From the NCBI GenBank assembly GCA_963707915.1, contig OY970178.1:256001-320000 (forward strand): DNA of 64,000 bases. Direction: 5' to 3'. Made by a program: the position numbers and the translations under genes. The stretch is from Candidatus Eiseniibacteriota bacterium. GTDB lineage: Bacteria > Eisenbacteria > RBG-16-71-46. Of the stretch, positions 52,983 to 62,867 are shown piece after piece (positions within the stretch are counted from its first letter, which is position 1; each line of letters begins with the position of its first letter). Below the pieces are notes generated by a model that was not told the DNA's origin, did not search any database, and saw only the letters and a list, made by a program, of their open reading frames with translations.

Positions 52983-55933
52983 GAGGGTCCCCGCGCGGCG
53001 CTGTGGATGCAGAAGCGCGAGTAGGGGCAGTAGCCACAGTTGCGCTGGTCGGGCTTCGGCGGGAACTGGGCGCTGCGGATGCCGGCCGCGGCCTTCGCGA
53101 CGCGTTCGCGCGCGCGCTCGAGGTGCTCGGGCGTCACCACGGCCGAGCCGACCGTGCCTGGTCCCACGAAGCTCAGCTCGGCGCTCGCGGGCATCACGCC
53201 GGTCGTCTCGCGGTAGGCCAGCGCGTAGAGCCCGAGCTGGCCGTCCTTCAGGTCGTTCTTCGCCCGCTCCGCCGCCTTCGCGGGGTCCCCGACCTCCGAG
53301 GTCTTGTAGTCCACCAGCACGATGCCCTCGGGCCGCTCGTCGATCCGGTCCCAGCGGCCCACGACGAGGTCGTTCCCGAGCTTGAAGCGGAACTCGAGTT
53401 CGATGGCGAGCGGCACCTGCGGCCGCGCCTCCTCGCGCGCGACGAAGCGGCGCAGCGTCCCGCGACCCTCTTCGAGCCGGCGCTCTTCGTGCTCGCGCGA
53501 GTAGAAGCCCTCGCTCGACCAGGCGCCCTCGAGCGCCGCGACCACGTCGTCCGCGGTGATCGGCAGCCGCTTCATGCGGTGCTGGTGGTAGACCTTGATG
53601 GCGTGGTGGATGGCGACGCCGTACATCACCTTGTCGTTCGAGCCGAGCGGCACCTGCGCGACGTGGGCGTAGCGGTACTTGAGCGGGCAGGTGAGGTAGT
53701 CGTCCACCTGGCCATACGAGATGCGCAGCGGCTGCTCCGGGGGCACCGGCGCGATCTCGGGCGGCGCACCCTCGGGGGCCGGCGCGTAGCGCGCGATGGA
53801 CTCCAGCGCCGAGGCCGCCGCGGCGCCCTTGGGCGGGCTCGGCAGGTCCAGCGCCTCGACCACGAAGCGGCTCGGCTTGTGCGCCCGCTTGCCGCCGTAG
53901 TCCGCGGCGTGAGTGAGCACGAGCCGGTCGCGCGCGCGGGTCATGCCGACGTAGAACAGCCGGCGCTCTTCGCGGTAGTGCTCCTCGGGGTCGTCCGCCA
54001 CGCCCTTGCGCAGCTCGGGGGGGAAGGGCAGCGGGTCGCCGGTGCGGAAGCGGGGGAAGCGGCCCTCGACCAGGTGCACCAGGTACACCACCGGGAACTC
54101 GAGGCCCTTGGCGTTGTGGACCGTCAGCAACTGCACCGCGTCCTCCTCGCCCTCGATCGCGGCGGCCGCCGGGTCGTCGCCCATCTCGATCAGCAGGTCG
54201 AGGTGCCCCATGAACTGGTCCACGCGGTCCTGCTTGAGCAGCGGGCCGACGCGGGCCACGATCGAGAAGAGCCGGTTGAGGTTCAGCACGCGCTCGGCCG
54301 CCTCCGCGCTGTCGTCGGCGGCGAGGCGGCCGAGCAGGCCGCTCTCGGTCACGAACTCGTAGAGCACCTCCGAGGTGGGCCGGGTGAGCGCGCTCGCGGC
54401 CAGGCGGCGGTGCAGCTCCGCGAAGCGGCCGACCGCCTCGCGCGTGGCGTCGGCCAGGGCGTCGTCGCCGGCCGCCGCTGCGGCCGCGAGCGCGAGCAAT
54501 CCGCGGTGCGAGCGCCGCGCGGCGGCGCCGAGCCGCGCGAGATCCACCGGGTCCGCCCCGAACAGCGGGTCCCCCAGCGCCAGGTGGACGGCCGGGCCGT
54601 CGTCCGGGTCGGCCAGCGCGCGCAGCGCGTTCAGGCACAGGTGGACCTCGGGCCGCGAGTAGAGCCCGCGCAGGCCCATGCGGCGGAATCGCACGCCGGC
54701 GGTCTTGAGCGCCAGCGCGAACGGGTCGAGGCTCGAGTGCGCGCGGGCCAGCACGGCGAAGTCCTGCGCGCGCCGTTCGCCGGACGCGACCGCGGCGGCG
54801 ATCTCGGCGGCCACGGTCTCGGCCTCGTCGCTGGCCGCGGCGAAGGCGCGGTGCTCGACCTGCGCCGCGAGTTCGCGCTGGGCCAGCAGGCGCTTGTCGT
54901 AGCCCAGCCGGGCCTCGAGGCGGGCCGGGTTGTTGGCCTGGATGAGACGGTGGGCGAGGTCGAGGATGCGCTGCCCGGAGCGGTAGTTCCGCGTCAGCAG
55001 CAGCACGCGCGCGCCGGCGAAAGCGTCGATGAAGCCGAGCAGGTTCTCGACCTTGGCGCCGCGGAAGCGGTAGATGCTCTGGTCGTCATCTCCCACGACG
55101 GTCAGGTTGCGCGACAGCCCGGCCAGCAGCTTCACCAGCTCGAACTGGACGTGGTTGGTGTCCTGGAACTCGTCCACCAGCACGTAGCGGTAGCGCTCCT
55201 GCAGCTCGCGCCGCAGGTGGGCGCGCTCGCGCAGCAGGCGCAGCGCGAGGCCGATCTGCGAACCGAAGTCCACGCGCCCGCTCGCGAGCAGCAGGTCCTG
55301 GTAGACGCCGTAGGCCCGCGCCTTCTCGCGCTCGGCGGCGGCGCGGTCCTGCAGGGCCGGGTCGTCGCCGGCGTCGGCCGCGAGGCGCGCCGCGAAGGCG
55401 GCGTACTCGGCGAGGGAGACGTCCTCGTCCCGCGCGCGGTCGAAGCAGGCGACCAGGGCCTTGAGGTGTTCGTCCGGGTTCCCCAGCGGCAGGAAGCGCT
55501 CCAGCCCCAGCTCGAAGAGCCGCTCCCGCAGGAACACCAGGATCTCGGCCGGGGTCTCCACGCGCAGCTGCGAGGTGAGCCCCAGCTCCACGGCGTGCTC
55601 GCGCACCAGCCGGTCGCAGAAGGCGTGGAAGGTGGAGAGCGTGGCGCCGACGAACCCGTAGGGCACGAGCACGTCCACGCGAGCCTCCATCTCGGCGGCG
55701 GCCTTGTCGGTGAAGGTGAGGCCGAGGATCTCCTCGGGTCGGGCCCGCTTGGTGGCGATGAGCCAGGCGATCCGGCGCGTGACGACCTGGGTCTTGCCGG
55801 TGCCCGCGCCTGCCACGATCATCAGCGGGCCGTCGCCGTGGGTCACGGCCTCGAGTTGCTCCGGGTTGAGGCCCTCGAGGATGCGATCGAGCACCGCGGT
55901 CGCAGCGGCGGGCGGAACGGCGCCCGCGCTCAT
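52979..55933 (-). CDS. UvrD/AdnA-like SF1 helicase with C-terminal PD-(D/E)XK nuclease
   Basis: AGAGTGKT, VDEFQDTN, VGDDDQSIYRFRG, TVHNAKGLEF, EERRLFYVGMTRA; GRWDRID..VDYKT; CP...CGYCPYSRFC. Confidence 0.92.
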   Translation of the reverse strand: MSAGAVPPAAATAVLDRILEGLNPEQLEAVTHGDGPLMIVAGAGTGKTQVVTRRIAWLIATKRARPEEILGLTFTDKAAAEMEARVDVLVPYGFVGATLSTFHAFCDRLVREHAVELGLTSQLRVETPAEILVFLRERLFELGLERFLPLGNPDEHLKALVACFDRARDEDVSLAEYAAFAARLAADAGDDPALQDRAAAEREKARAYGVYQDLLLASGRVDFGSQIGLALRLLRERAHLRRELQERYRYVLVDEFQDTNHVQFELVKLLAGLSRNLTVVGDDDQSIYRFRGAKVENLLGFIDAFAGARVLLLTRNYRSGQRILDLAHRLIQANNPARLEARLGYDKRLLAQRELAAQVEHRAFAAASDEAETVAAEIAAAVASGERRAQDFAVLARAHSSLDPFALALKTAGVRFRRMGLRGLYSRPEVHLCLNALRALADPDDGPAVHLALGDPLFGADPVDLARLGAAARRSHRGLLALAAAAAAGDDALADATREAVGRFAELHRRLAASALTRPTSEVLYEFVTESGLLGRLAADDSAEAAERVLNLNRLFSIVARVGPLLKQDRVDQFMGHLDLLIEMGDDPAAAAIEGEEDAVQLLTVHNAKGLEFPVVYLVHLVEGRFPRFRTGDPLPFPPELRKGVADDPEEHYREERRLFYVGMTRARDRLVLTHAADYGGKRAHKPSRFVVEALDLPSPPKGAAAASALESIARYAPAPEGAPPEIAPVPPEQPLRISYGQVDDYLTCPLKYRYAHVAQVPLGSNDKVMYGVAIHHAIKVYHQHRMKRLPITADDVVAALEGAWSSEGFYSREHEERRLEEGRGTLRRFVAREEARPQVPLAIELEFRFKLGNDLVVGRWDRIDERPEGIVLVDYKTSEVGDPAKAAERAKNDLKDGQLGLYALAYRETTGVMPASAELSFVGPGTVGSAVVTPEHLERARERVAKAAAGIRSAQFPPKPDQRNCGYCPYSRFCIHSAARGPS

Positions 55934-56199
55934 GCTCTGGGACGCGCGATGGGGGAGGAAGGGGGCACGGCCGGACGCTAGCATGGCCTCGAGCGCACGG
56001 GCAAAGCCGCTCCCGTGGCGCGTCAGTGGCGCCCGCCGTCCCGCCGCAAGCGGGGGAAGGAAGGGACGGTGGGCGAGCGCATGGTGCTTCTGCTCGCCCG
56101 CCATCCCGTCCGCCCCCGCCCCGGATCATGCATCGGACCCGGCGCCCGCGCCCGCGCGGCTTCCGCCCGCCGCCGAAGCCGTCTAGACTGCGCGGGTCC

Positions 56200-57792
56200 A
56201 TGAACCGTCGCCCTCGTCGCCCTGCGGTCGTCGTGCTCGCCGGCCTGTCCGTCCTGGCGGTGCTGTGCTGTGCCGGGTGCGCGGGCCGCGCGCCCGCGCG
56301 CGGAACGTCCTTCGTCTGGATCGCGGGGCGGCCGCAGCCCGCCTTCGATCCCGGCGGGCCGCCCGATGCCCTGCGCTGGTCGATCGAGCGGCTGCTCTCC
56401 CGCGGCCTCGTCGAGGAGGACTCCAGCGGTGCGCTCCGGCCGGCGGCGGCCGAGCGCTGGGAATGGTCCACCGACAGTCTCACGCTCACCCTCCGCCTGC
56501 GGCCGGGGCTCGAGTTCGCCGACGGGGCCCCGTGCGGGAGCGCGGACTTCCGACGCGCGCTGCTCTGCGGACTCGGGCGCGAGGACCATGGCTCACGCGC
56601 CTGGCTGCTGGGCGCGATCTCCGGGGCCGACCGCGTGCGCGCGGGTCGGCCGCTGCCTCCGCTCGGCATCGAGACCCCCGACCCCCGCACGCTCGTGCTC
56701 CGGCTGGCGCACCGCGACCCGCAGTTGCCCGCGAAGCTCGCCTTGCCCGGGCTGAGCGCGCCGTGGTCGGTGGCGACTCCCGGCCGGTGGCGCGGCGTCG
56801 CGGGGGTGGGACCGTACCGCGTGCTGGGGGAGGAGCCCGGGCGTGCGCTCACGCTGGTGCGGCGCGCGGGCGCGGCCGGCCCCGACACCATCGTGGTGCG
56901 CTTTCAGCCCCTGGCCGGGCGGGTGCTGACGTTCATGCGGACGAACGCCGCCGACCTGGTCTGGCCGCTGCCCCCCGCGCTGGATGTCGCGGCCGCGCCG
57001 GCCGGGTTCCGGTCCGCGGCGCGGGCGGCCGCGCCCGCGCGCACGCTGCTGCTGGTCATGCGCGCCGACCTGCCGCCCACGTCACGCCTGGCGACGCGCT
57101 GCGCGCTGGCGCTGGGGGTGAACCGGGACCGCGTGCTCGAGCTGCTGGGGGCCCGCGCGCAGCGGCTGGGAAGCTGGCTGCCGGGCGCGGGCCCGTACGA
57201 CTTCCCGGCGCTGGACGAAGGACGGGCCCGCGAGTGGATGGAGCGGGGGCAGCTCGGGAAGGCCTTCCACGTGGTGATGACCTACGACGCGGACGGTGCC
57301 GGAGCCACGGTGGCAAGGGCCTTGCAAGAGGATTGGTCGAGATTGGGCATCTACGCCGAGCTCCGCCCTTCGCGCGGAGCGAAGCTGGCGCACGAGCTGC
57401 TCGCCGGCTTCTCGCATCTCGCCCTGGTCGAGGAGCAACCCTGGACGGACGACCTGCCGGGAACGCTGGCTTCGCTCGTCGTGCCGCTGCGCGGGCCGGC
57501 CGTGGGGGCCTTCCGGACCGGCTGGCGGACGCGGGAGTTCGACGGATTGCTCGGTCCGCTGCGCCGGCCGGCCCCGCCCGGACCGGACGCGGCGCAGGCC
57601 CGCCTGCAGGAGGAGCAGGTCGTGCTCCCGCTGGCGCGACTGCCGTGGGTGTGGCTGGCGCGCGAGGGCGCCACGGTCCTGTCCTTTCACCCGCGTTTCG
57701 GGCCAGGTTGCGAAGCGGGTGGGTGGCCTGCCCCGGCCGGGTCGGCGGTGGCCGGGCCTCCCGGGGGGGAGCCCCCCGCCACGGCGCGCTAG
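56200..57792 (+). CDS. Divergent ABC substrate-binding protein family 5 (lipoprotein)
   Basis: Lipobox CAGC; LRPAAAERWEWSTD..LRLRPGLEFADG; GVGPYRV. Confidence 0.7.
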   Translation: MNRRPRRPAVVVLAGLSVLAVLCCAGCAGRAPARGTSFVWIAGRPQPAFDPGGPPDALRWSIERLLSRGLVEEDSSGALRPAAAERWEWSTDSLTLTLRLRPGLEFADGAPCGSADFRRALLCGLGREDHGSRAWLLGAISGADRVRAGRPLPPLGIETPDPRTLVLRLAHRDPQLPAKLALPGLSAPWSVATPGRWRGVAGVGPYRVLGEEPGRALTLVRRAGAAGPDTIVVRFQPLAGRVLTFMRTNAADLVWPLPPALDVAAAPAGFRSAARAAAPARTLLLVMRADLPPTSRLATRCALALGVNRDRVLELLGARAQRLGSWLPGAGPYDFPALDEGRAREWMERGQLGKAFHVVMTYDADGAGATVARALQEDWSRLGIYAELRPSRGAKLAHELLAGFSHLALVEEQPWTDDLPGTLASLVVPLRGPAVGAFRTGWRTREFDGLLGPLRRPAPPGPDAAQARLQEEQVVLPLARLPWVWLAREGATVLSFHPRFGPGCEAGGWPAPAGSAVAGPPGGEPPATAR

Positions 57793-57971
57793 GTGGTATC
57801 CGGCCGCCGGGTTATCATCTAGGCTAGACGTACCCATTTCGAGGTCTCCGGGCCTGTTCGAGCATCCCAGGTGATCGCATCCATGCCCGTCCCCACTCCG
57901 CGAGTCGTCCCGGCAGGTCTCCCGGCCGCCCGGTCTGTCGCTGCGTTCCAACCAACTCCTCGGGAGCACCC

Positions 57972-60900
57972 ATGAAGAAGTCGCTCGTCCTGGTCCTTTC
58001 CTTCGTGCTGGGCCCCTTGTCCTGGGTGGCCATCGCCTCGGGCGCCGCTCCGGCCCCGACGGCGATCGAGCGTGAGTTCCACTACGGCCCGGGCCAGTTC
58101 ACGCTGACCCCGAACGCCGACGGCACGACCCAGGTGGAGATGGGCTCGGGGACGCGGGAGTACGCGGCCGGCCGGCCGGACCTGCCCCTGGTCGGCGAGC
58201 GAGTGGAGTTGCCCCTGGGGTCACGGCTCGCCGCGGTGGAGGTCCTCGAGCTCGAGACCGTCCCGCTCGCGCAAGGGGTGCGGCTGCCCAGCGCGATGGT
58301 CATTCGTCCCGGCGAGGAGACCGTCGAGCGCACGGTGCCGGACTCCGCGATCTTCGGCCAGGCCGGCTTCGTCCCGGAGCAGCTGGCGCAGGTCGGCGCA
58401 CAGGGATTCGAGCGCGGCGTGGTGGTGGCCTACGTCATGGTCGCCCCGGTGAGGTGGAACCCGGCGACGGGCGAACTGGAGCGCGTCGAGCGGATACGCG
58501 TGCGGCTGGTGCTCGAGGCCTCCGCCGGACGGCCGCTGGAGCGCGATCGGGTGGTGCCCGATTGGGAGGACGGCGCCGCGCGGACAGCCGCGCTGCGCTC
58601 GCCCGCGGTCCAGCCGGCGTCCCTGGTCGCCGGCACGCGGCGGGCGGAGCCCTTCAAGGCCACCCAGGTGCCCTCGCTGCTGGGCAGCCCGGTCGCCTAT
58701 GTCATCGTCACGAACGACGCGATGGCGCCGGCCTTCCAGCAGCTCGCGGACTGGAAGACGCGGAGCGGCGTGCCGGCCGTGGTCCGCACGCTCTCGTTCA
58801 TCAAGCAGCAGTACTCGCTCGGCGCCGACGACGCCGAGCGCGTCCGCCTCTTCCTGCGCGACGCCTACTCGCGCTGGGGCACGAAGTGGGTGCTGCTGGG
58901 GGGCGACACCGACGTGATCCCCACTCGCTTCGCCCGCACGACCTACTACGGCGGCGAGACGATCGCCACCGACCTCTATTTCTCCTGCCTGGACGGCAAT
59001 TGGAACGGCGACGGGGACAACGTCTACGGCGAGGGCATCTCCAGCGTCCCGCCCGCGCTGGGGGACTCCGCCGACCTCTTCCCCGAGGTCTTCGTGGGGC
59101 GCCTTCCGGCCAGCACGCTGGCCGAGGCGCAGGTGCTCGTGGACAAGGCCCTGAAGTACCAGCGGGAGCCCGTGGGCGACTACATGAAGAACCTCATCTC
59201 CTTCGCCGAGGTGCTCTTCCCGAACCCGTGGTCGGCGGGCATGTCGACCCAGCTCGACGGCGCCGAGCTCATCGACTACGACCTGCTTCCCATCCTGGAC
59301 ACCGTGCCCTGGATCCACTCCGCCCGGCTCTACGAGAACTACCCCGACACGCGCTGGCGGGCGGGCTCACTTCCCGAGACGCGGGCCGCCGTGATCGATT
59401 CGCTGAACCGGGGCTACAACGTCGCGCTCCACGTCGGCCACGGCTACCGCAACGTCATGAGCGTGGGGGACAACAGCCTCACCAACACCGACGCGACGGC
59501 GCTCACCAACGGGGACCGCCTGACGAACCTCTACGCCATCAATTGCAACTCGGCCTCGATCGACTACCCGTGCATCGCCGAGGCGTTCATGAAGGCCCCC
59601 CTCGGCGGCGCCGTCACCGTCGTCGGCTCCACGCGCTACGACTTCCCGACGTACGGCCGACAGTACAAGAAGGAGTACTTCCAGCTCCTGTACCAACGGG
59701 GCGTCTCCGCCGTCGGCGAGTTGCAGGCGCGCCAGAAGCTGCCGTTCGCCGGCTTTTCCGAGTACGACGGCGTGCACCGCTGGACGCAGATGGCGCTGAT
59801 CCTGCTGGGTGACCCCGAGCTCCACATCTACACCGACACCCCGCGCGTGCTCAGCGTCACGCATCCGTCCTCGATGCCGGTCAGCGACTCGGCGCTGGCC
59901 GTGAACGTGGCGGTGGGCGGCGTGCCGCTGGACAGCGCCCTCGTCACGGTGTACCGGGCGGGCCACGAGTACGCCAGCGCCCTCACCGACGTGGCCGGGA
60001 ACGTGACGCTGGCGGTGCGGCCCGATACGGTCGGCGCCCTGGCGCTGACCGTGACCGGGTACAACTGCCGGCCCTACCAGGCGTCGATCGACCTCGTGGC
60101 CGGCGGCTACCCCGCGCTCGCGGTGCGCGCGGTGCGCATCGAGGACGGCGGGACGGGGGGCACTTCCGGCAACGGGAACGGGCTCTGGGACGCGGGCGAG
60201 ACGGTCGCGCTGTACCCGATGCTGCGGAACAATGGCGGCTCGGCCGCGACCGCGCTGTCGGGCACGCTGCTGACCCCCGACGGGCTGGTCACCGTCCTGC
60301 AGCCGGCTGCCGGCTACGGCACGATCGCCGCGGGAGACAGCGCGAGCCCATCGGCGGGCCTGCTCGTCCGCCTTCCGTTCACGGCGGACGACCAGCGCGA
60401 GGTCCCCTTCGAGCTGCGCCTGGCGGACGGCTCGGGGCGCACCTACGTCGGGCGCTTCCAGCTGACGGTGCGGGCCCCGGAGTTGAGGCACATCGGGCAC
60501 GTCGTGACCGACGGCAACGCGAACGGGATCCCCGACGCGGGCGAGACGGTCAGCTACGCGGTCAAGCTGCGGAACCTGGGCAGCGGAGTCGCGCGGAGCG
60601 TGTCGGCCCGGCTGCGCAGTCTCGACGGGCTCGCCACGGTGACGGACAGCATCTCGGTATGGGGCGACATCCAGCCCGGCGAGGAGCGGACCGGTGACGG
60701 ATTCACGTTCACGCCGTCGAGCGCCGCCGCCACGCTCCAGCTCGTGGTGTCGGACGGTTACGGGGAACGCCTGCGGGAGACGATGGACATCCTGTACCCG
60801 GCCACGCCGACCGGCCTGGCGGCCTCCGGGTCGGCGGGCACCATCACGCTCACCTGGACGAAGTCCCCGGATGAGGACCTGGCCGGCTACAACGTCTACC

Positions 60901-62696
60901 GCGCCGCCGTGCCCGCCGGGCCGTTCGTCAAGATGACCCCGGTCCCCACCGGCCGGACGGCCTACTTCCTGGACGACGGGCTCGCGCAGCTCACCCGCTA
61001 CTACCACAAGGTCTCGTCGGTGGACATGTCCGGCAACGAGTCGGCGCTCACGTCGGCGGTATCCTCGAGCACGAACCCGCCGATGCATTCCATGTTCCCG
61101 TTCCCGACGCGACGCCTGTCACCGGCCCCGGTGGTGGTGGACCACATCTACGCCGGCTACCCGATGGACATCGTGGTCGGCGCCGACGTGCTGTACGTCT
61201 GGCACCCGGACGGCAAGACCCCGGTGGACGCCGACGGTTCCGGTTCCACTCCGGGCGATTTCACCACCCTGGGCAGCTACTACGCGGGCGGTCCCAGCGT
61301 CGCCGACCTCGACGGCGGCACCAAGGAGATCATCGGCGCCACCCAGGACAACAACAGCGTGTACGTGTTCGACCTCGCCGGCCAGAGCAAGCCGGGCTGG
61401 CCGGTCACGCTCCCCGACGCCATGTACGGGGCCGTGGCCGTCGCCGACCTGCAGGGCGACGGGCTGAAGGAACTGGTGGTGGCCTCGAACGGCTACAGCG
61501 TCTACGCGTTCCGCGCGAACGGCACCGAGCTGCTGGACGGCGACAACAATCCGGCGACCTTCGGCGTGTTCAAGCGGACGGGCGGCCTGTACAACTACGG
61601 TTCGCCGACGCTGGCGCCGCTCCAGAACGACGGCACGAACTCGATCGTCTTCGCCGGAAGGGACGCGCACCTCTACGCGTGGCGCTACGACGGCGCCGAC
61701 CTGCCCGGATTCCCCGTGCACCTCGGGGGCGGCGCGCTCGCCTCGACGGCGGTGGGGAGCCTGGACGGACCCGCGGGCCCGCTCAGCATCGTGGTGCCGG
61801 CACTGAACGACTCGGTCTACGTGATCCGTGCCGACGGTTCGCGCCGGCCCGGATTCCCGGTCCGCTGCCGCATGGAGTCGACCTACGGGCGGCACCCATC
61901 GCCCGCGCTGGCCGACATGAACGGCGACGGCTACCTGGAGATCGTCCAGGCCAGCACCGACGGCCTGCTGTACGTGTGGGACCGCAACGGCGTCGTCGTC
62001 CCGGGCTGGAACGGCGTCCGCTACAGCACGCTCACGACGCAGGCGTCCGAGTGCAGCCCGGTCGTGGCGGACATCAACGGCGACGGCCATCCCGACGTCG
62101 TCGTCGGGGATGCGAACGACGAACTGTCGGCGTTCTCGGGAGCCGACGCCAGCATGCTGCCCGGGTTCCCCATCCAGCTCGCCGGCGAGGTGGTCGCCAC
62201 CCCCGCGTTGTGCGACTGCGACGGCGACGGGAACACCGAGATCGTGGCCATGGGCCTGGACTTCAACGTCTACATGTGGGACTACGACTTCCCCTTCTCG
62301 CCCGGGCAGGTCCCGCCTTGGCCGCAGTACCACCACGACGCCGCGCGCACGGGCTACGCCGGGACCCCGATCCTGGCCGGAGCCGGGGACGAAGCCACGC
62401 TCCAGCCCCGCGCGCTCGAACTGGCGCCGCCGGCCCCCAATCCGGCGCGGAGCGCGATGCGCCTGTGGTACGGCATTCCCGCCGACCGGGTGGGGGAGGC
62501 GCTCGACCTGGCGATCTACGATCTCAGCGGGCGGCGCGTGCGCACCCTGCAGGGCGGGCGCGCCGAGGCCGGCCGCCACTCCGCGGCGTGGGACCTGCGC
62601 GACGAGTCGGGGTCGCCGGCCCGACCCGGCGTGTACTTCGCGCGTCTCGCGCTGGGCGCCGAGGCCCGCACGCGGAAGCTCGTCCTCGTCCGCTGA
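57972..62696 (+). CDS. C25 (gingipain-like) cysteine peptidase with propeptide, Ig/FN3, FG-GAP repeats and FlgD/T9SS-like CTD
   Basis: GRPDLP propeptide; YVIVT..LADWK, VLLGGD, DLYFSCLDG, VGRLP, HVGHG, AINC, LLGDP; ADxxGDG repeats; PAPNP..YDLSGRRV. Confidence 0.88.
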   Translation: MKKSLVLVLSFVLGPLSWVAIASGAAPAPTAIEREFHYGPGQFTLTPNADGTTQVEMGSGTREYAAGRPDLPLVGERVELPLGSRLAAVEVLELETVPLAQGVRLPSAMVIRPGEETVERTVPDSAIFGQAGFVPEQLAQVGAQGFERGVVVAYVMVAPVRWNPATGELERVERIRVRLVLEASAGRPLERDRVVPDWEDGAARTAALRSPAVQPASLVAGTRRAEPFKATQVPSLLGSPVAYVIVTNDAMAPAFQQLADWKTRSGVPAVVRTLSFIKQQYSLGADDAERVRLFLRDAYSRWGTKWVLLGGDTDVIPTRFARTTYYGGETIATDLYFSCLDGNWNGDGDNVYGEGISSVPPALGDSADLFPEVFVGRLPASTLAEAQVLVDKALKYQREPVGDYMKNLISFAEVLFPNPWSAGMSTQLDGAELIDYDLLPILDTVPWIHSARLYENYPDTRWRAGSLPETRAAVIDSLNRGYNVALHVGHGYRNVMSVGDNSLTNTDATALTNGDRLTNLYAINCNSASIDYPCIAEAFMKAPLGGAVTVVGSTRYDFPTYGRQYKKEYFQLLYQRGVSAVGELQARQKLPFAGFSEYDGVHRWTQMALILLGDPELHIYTDTPRVLSVTHPSSMPVSDSALAVNVAVGGVPLDSALVTVYRAGHEYASALTDVAGNVTLAVRPDTVGALALTVTGYNCRPYQASIDLVAGGYPALAVRAVRIEDGGTGGTSGNGNGLWDAGETVALYPMLRNNGGSAATALSGTLLTPDGLVTVLQPAAGYGTIAAGDSASPSAGLLVRLPFTADDQREVPFELRLADGSGRTYVGRFQLTVRAPELRHIGHVVTDGNANGIPDAGETVSYAVKLRNLGSGVARSVSARLRSLDGLATVTDSISVWGDIQPGEERTGDGFTFTPSSAAATLQLVVSDGYGERLRETMDILYPATPTGLAASGSAGTITLTWTKSPDEDLAGYNVYRAAVPAGPFVKMTPVPTGRTAYFLDDGLAQLTRYYHKVSSVDMSGNESALTSAVSSSTNPPMHSMFPFPTRRLSPAPVVVDHIYAGYPMDIVVGADVLYVWHPDGKTPVDADGSGSTPGDFTTLGSYYAGGPSVADLDGGTKEIIGATQDNNSVYVFDLAGQSKPGWPVTLPDAMYGAVAVADLQGDGLKELVVASNGYSVYAFRANGTELLDGDNNPATFGVFKRTGGLYNYGSPTLAPLQNDGTNSIVFAGRDAHLYAWRYDGADLPGFPVHLGGGALASTAVGSLDGPAGPLSIVVPALNDSVYVIRADGSRRPGFPVRCRMESTYGRHPSPALADMNGDGYLEIVQASTDGLLYVWDRNGVVVPGWNGVRYSTLTTQASECSPVVADINGDGHPDVVVGDANDELSAFSGADASMLPGFPIQLAGEVVATPALCDCDGDGNTEIVAMGLDFNVYMWDYDFPFSPGQVPPWPQYHHDAARTGYAGTPILAGAGDEATLQPRALELAPPAPNPARSAMRLWYGIPADRVGEALDLAIYDLSGRRVRTLQGGRAEAGRHSAAWDLRDESGSPARPGVYFARLALGAEARTRKLVLVR

Positions 62697-62867
62697 CCGG
62701 ACGCTGGAAGCGGAGGCCGCCCGGTAACTCCCGGGCGGCCTCCGTCGTGACCGGCGGACCGCGCCTCCGCCGGCCGCGGGCCGGGGACGGTGCGCTGTGC
62801 TAGAGTCCGGCGGATCCGCCGCGAGTCCGCGACCCGTCCCACCCACAGGCCCATTCCGGAAGCCGAC

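Noticed and set aside
52979..55933. Helicase-nuclease as a defence system or Cas4
   Set aside because: Housekeeping context (coupled to suhB) and typical AdnA/UvrD-like repair architecture
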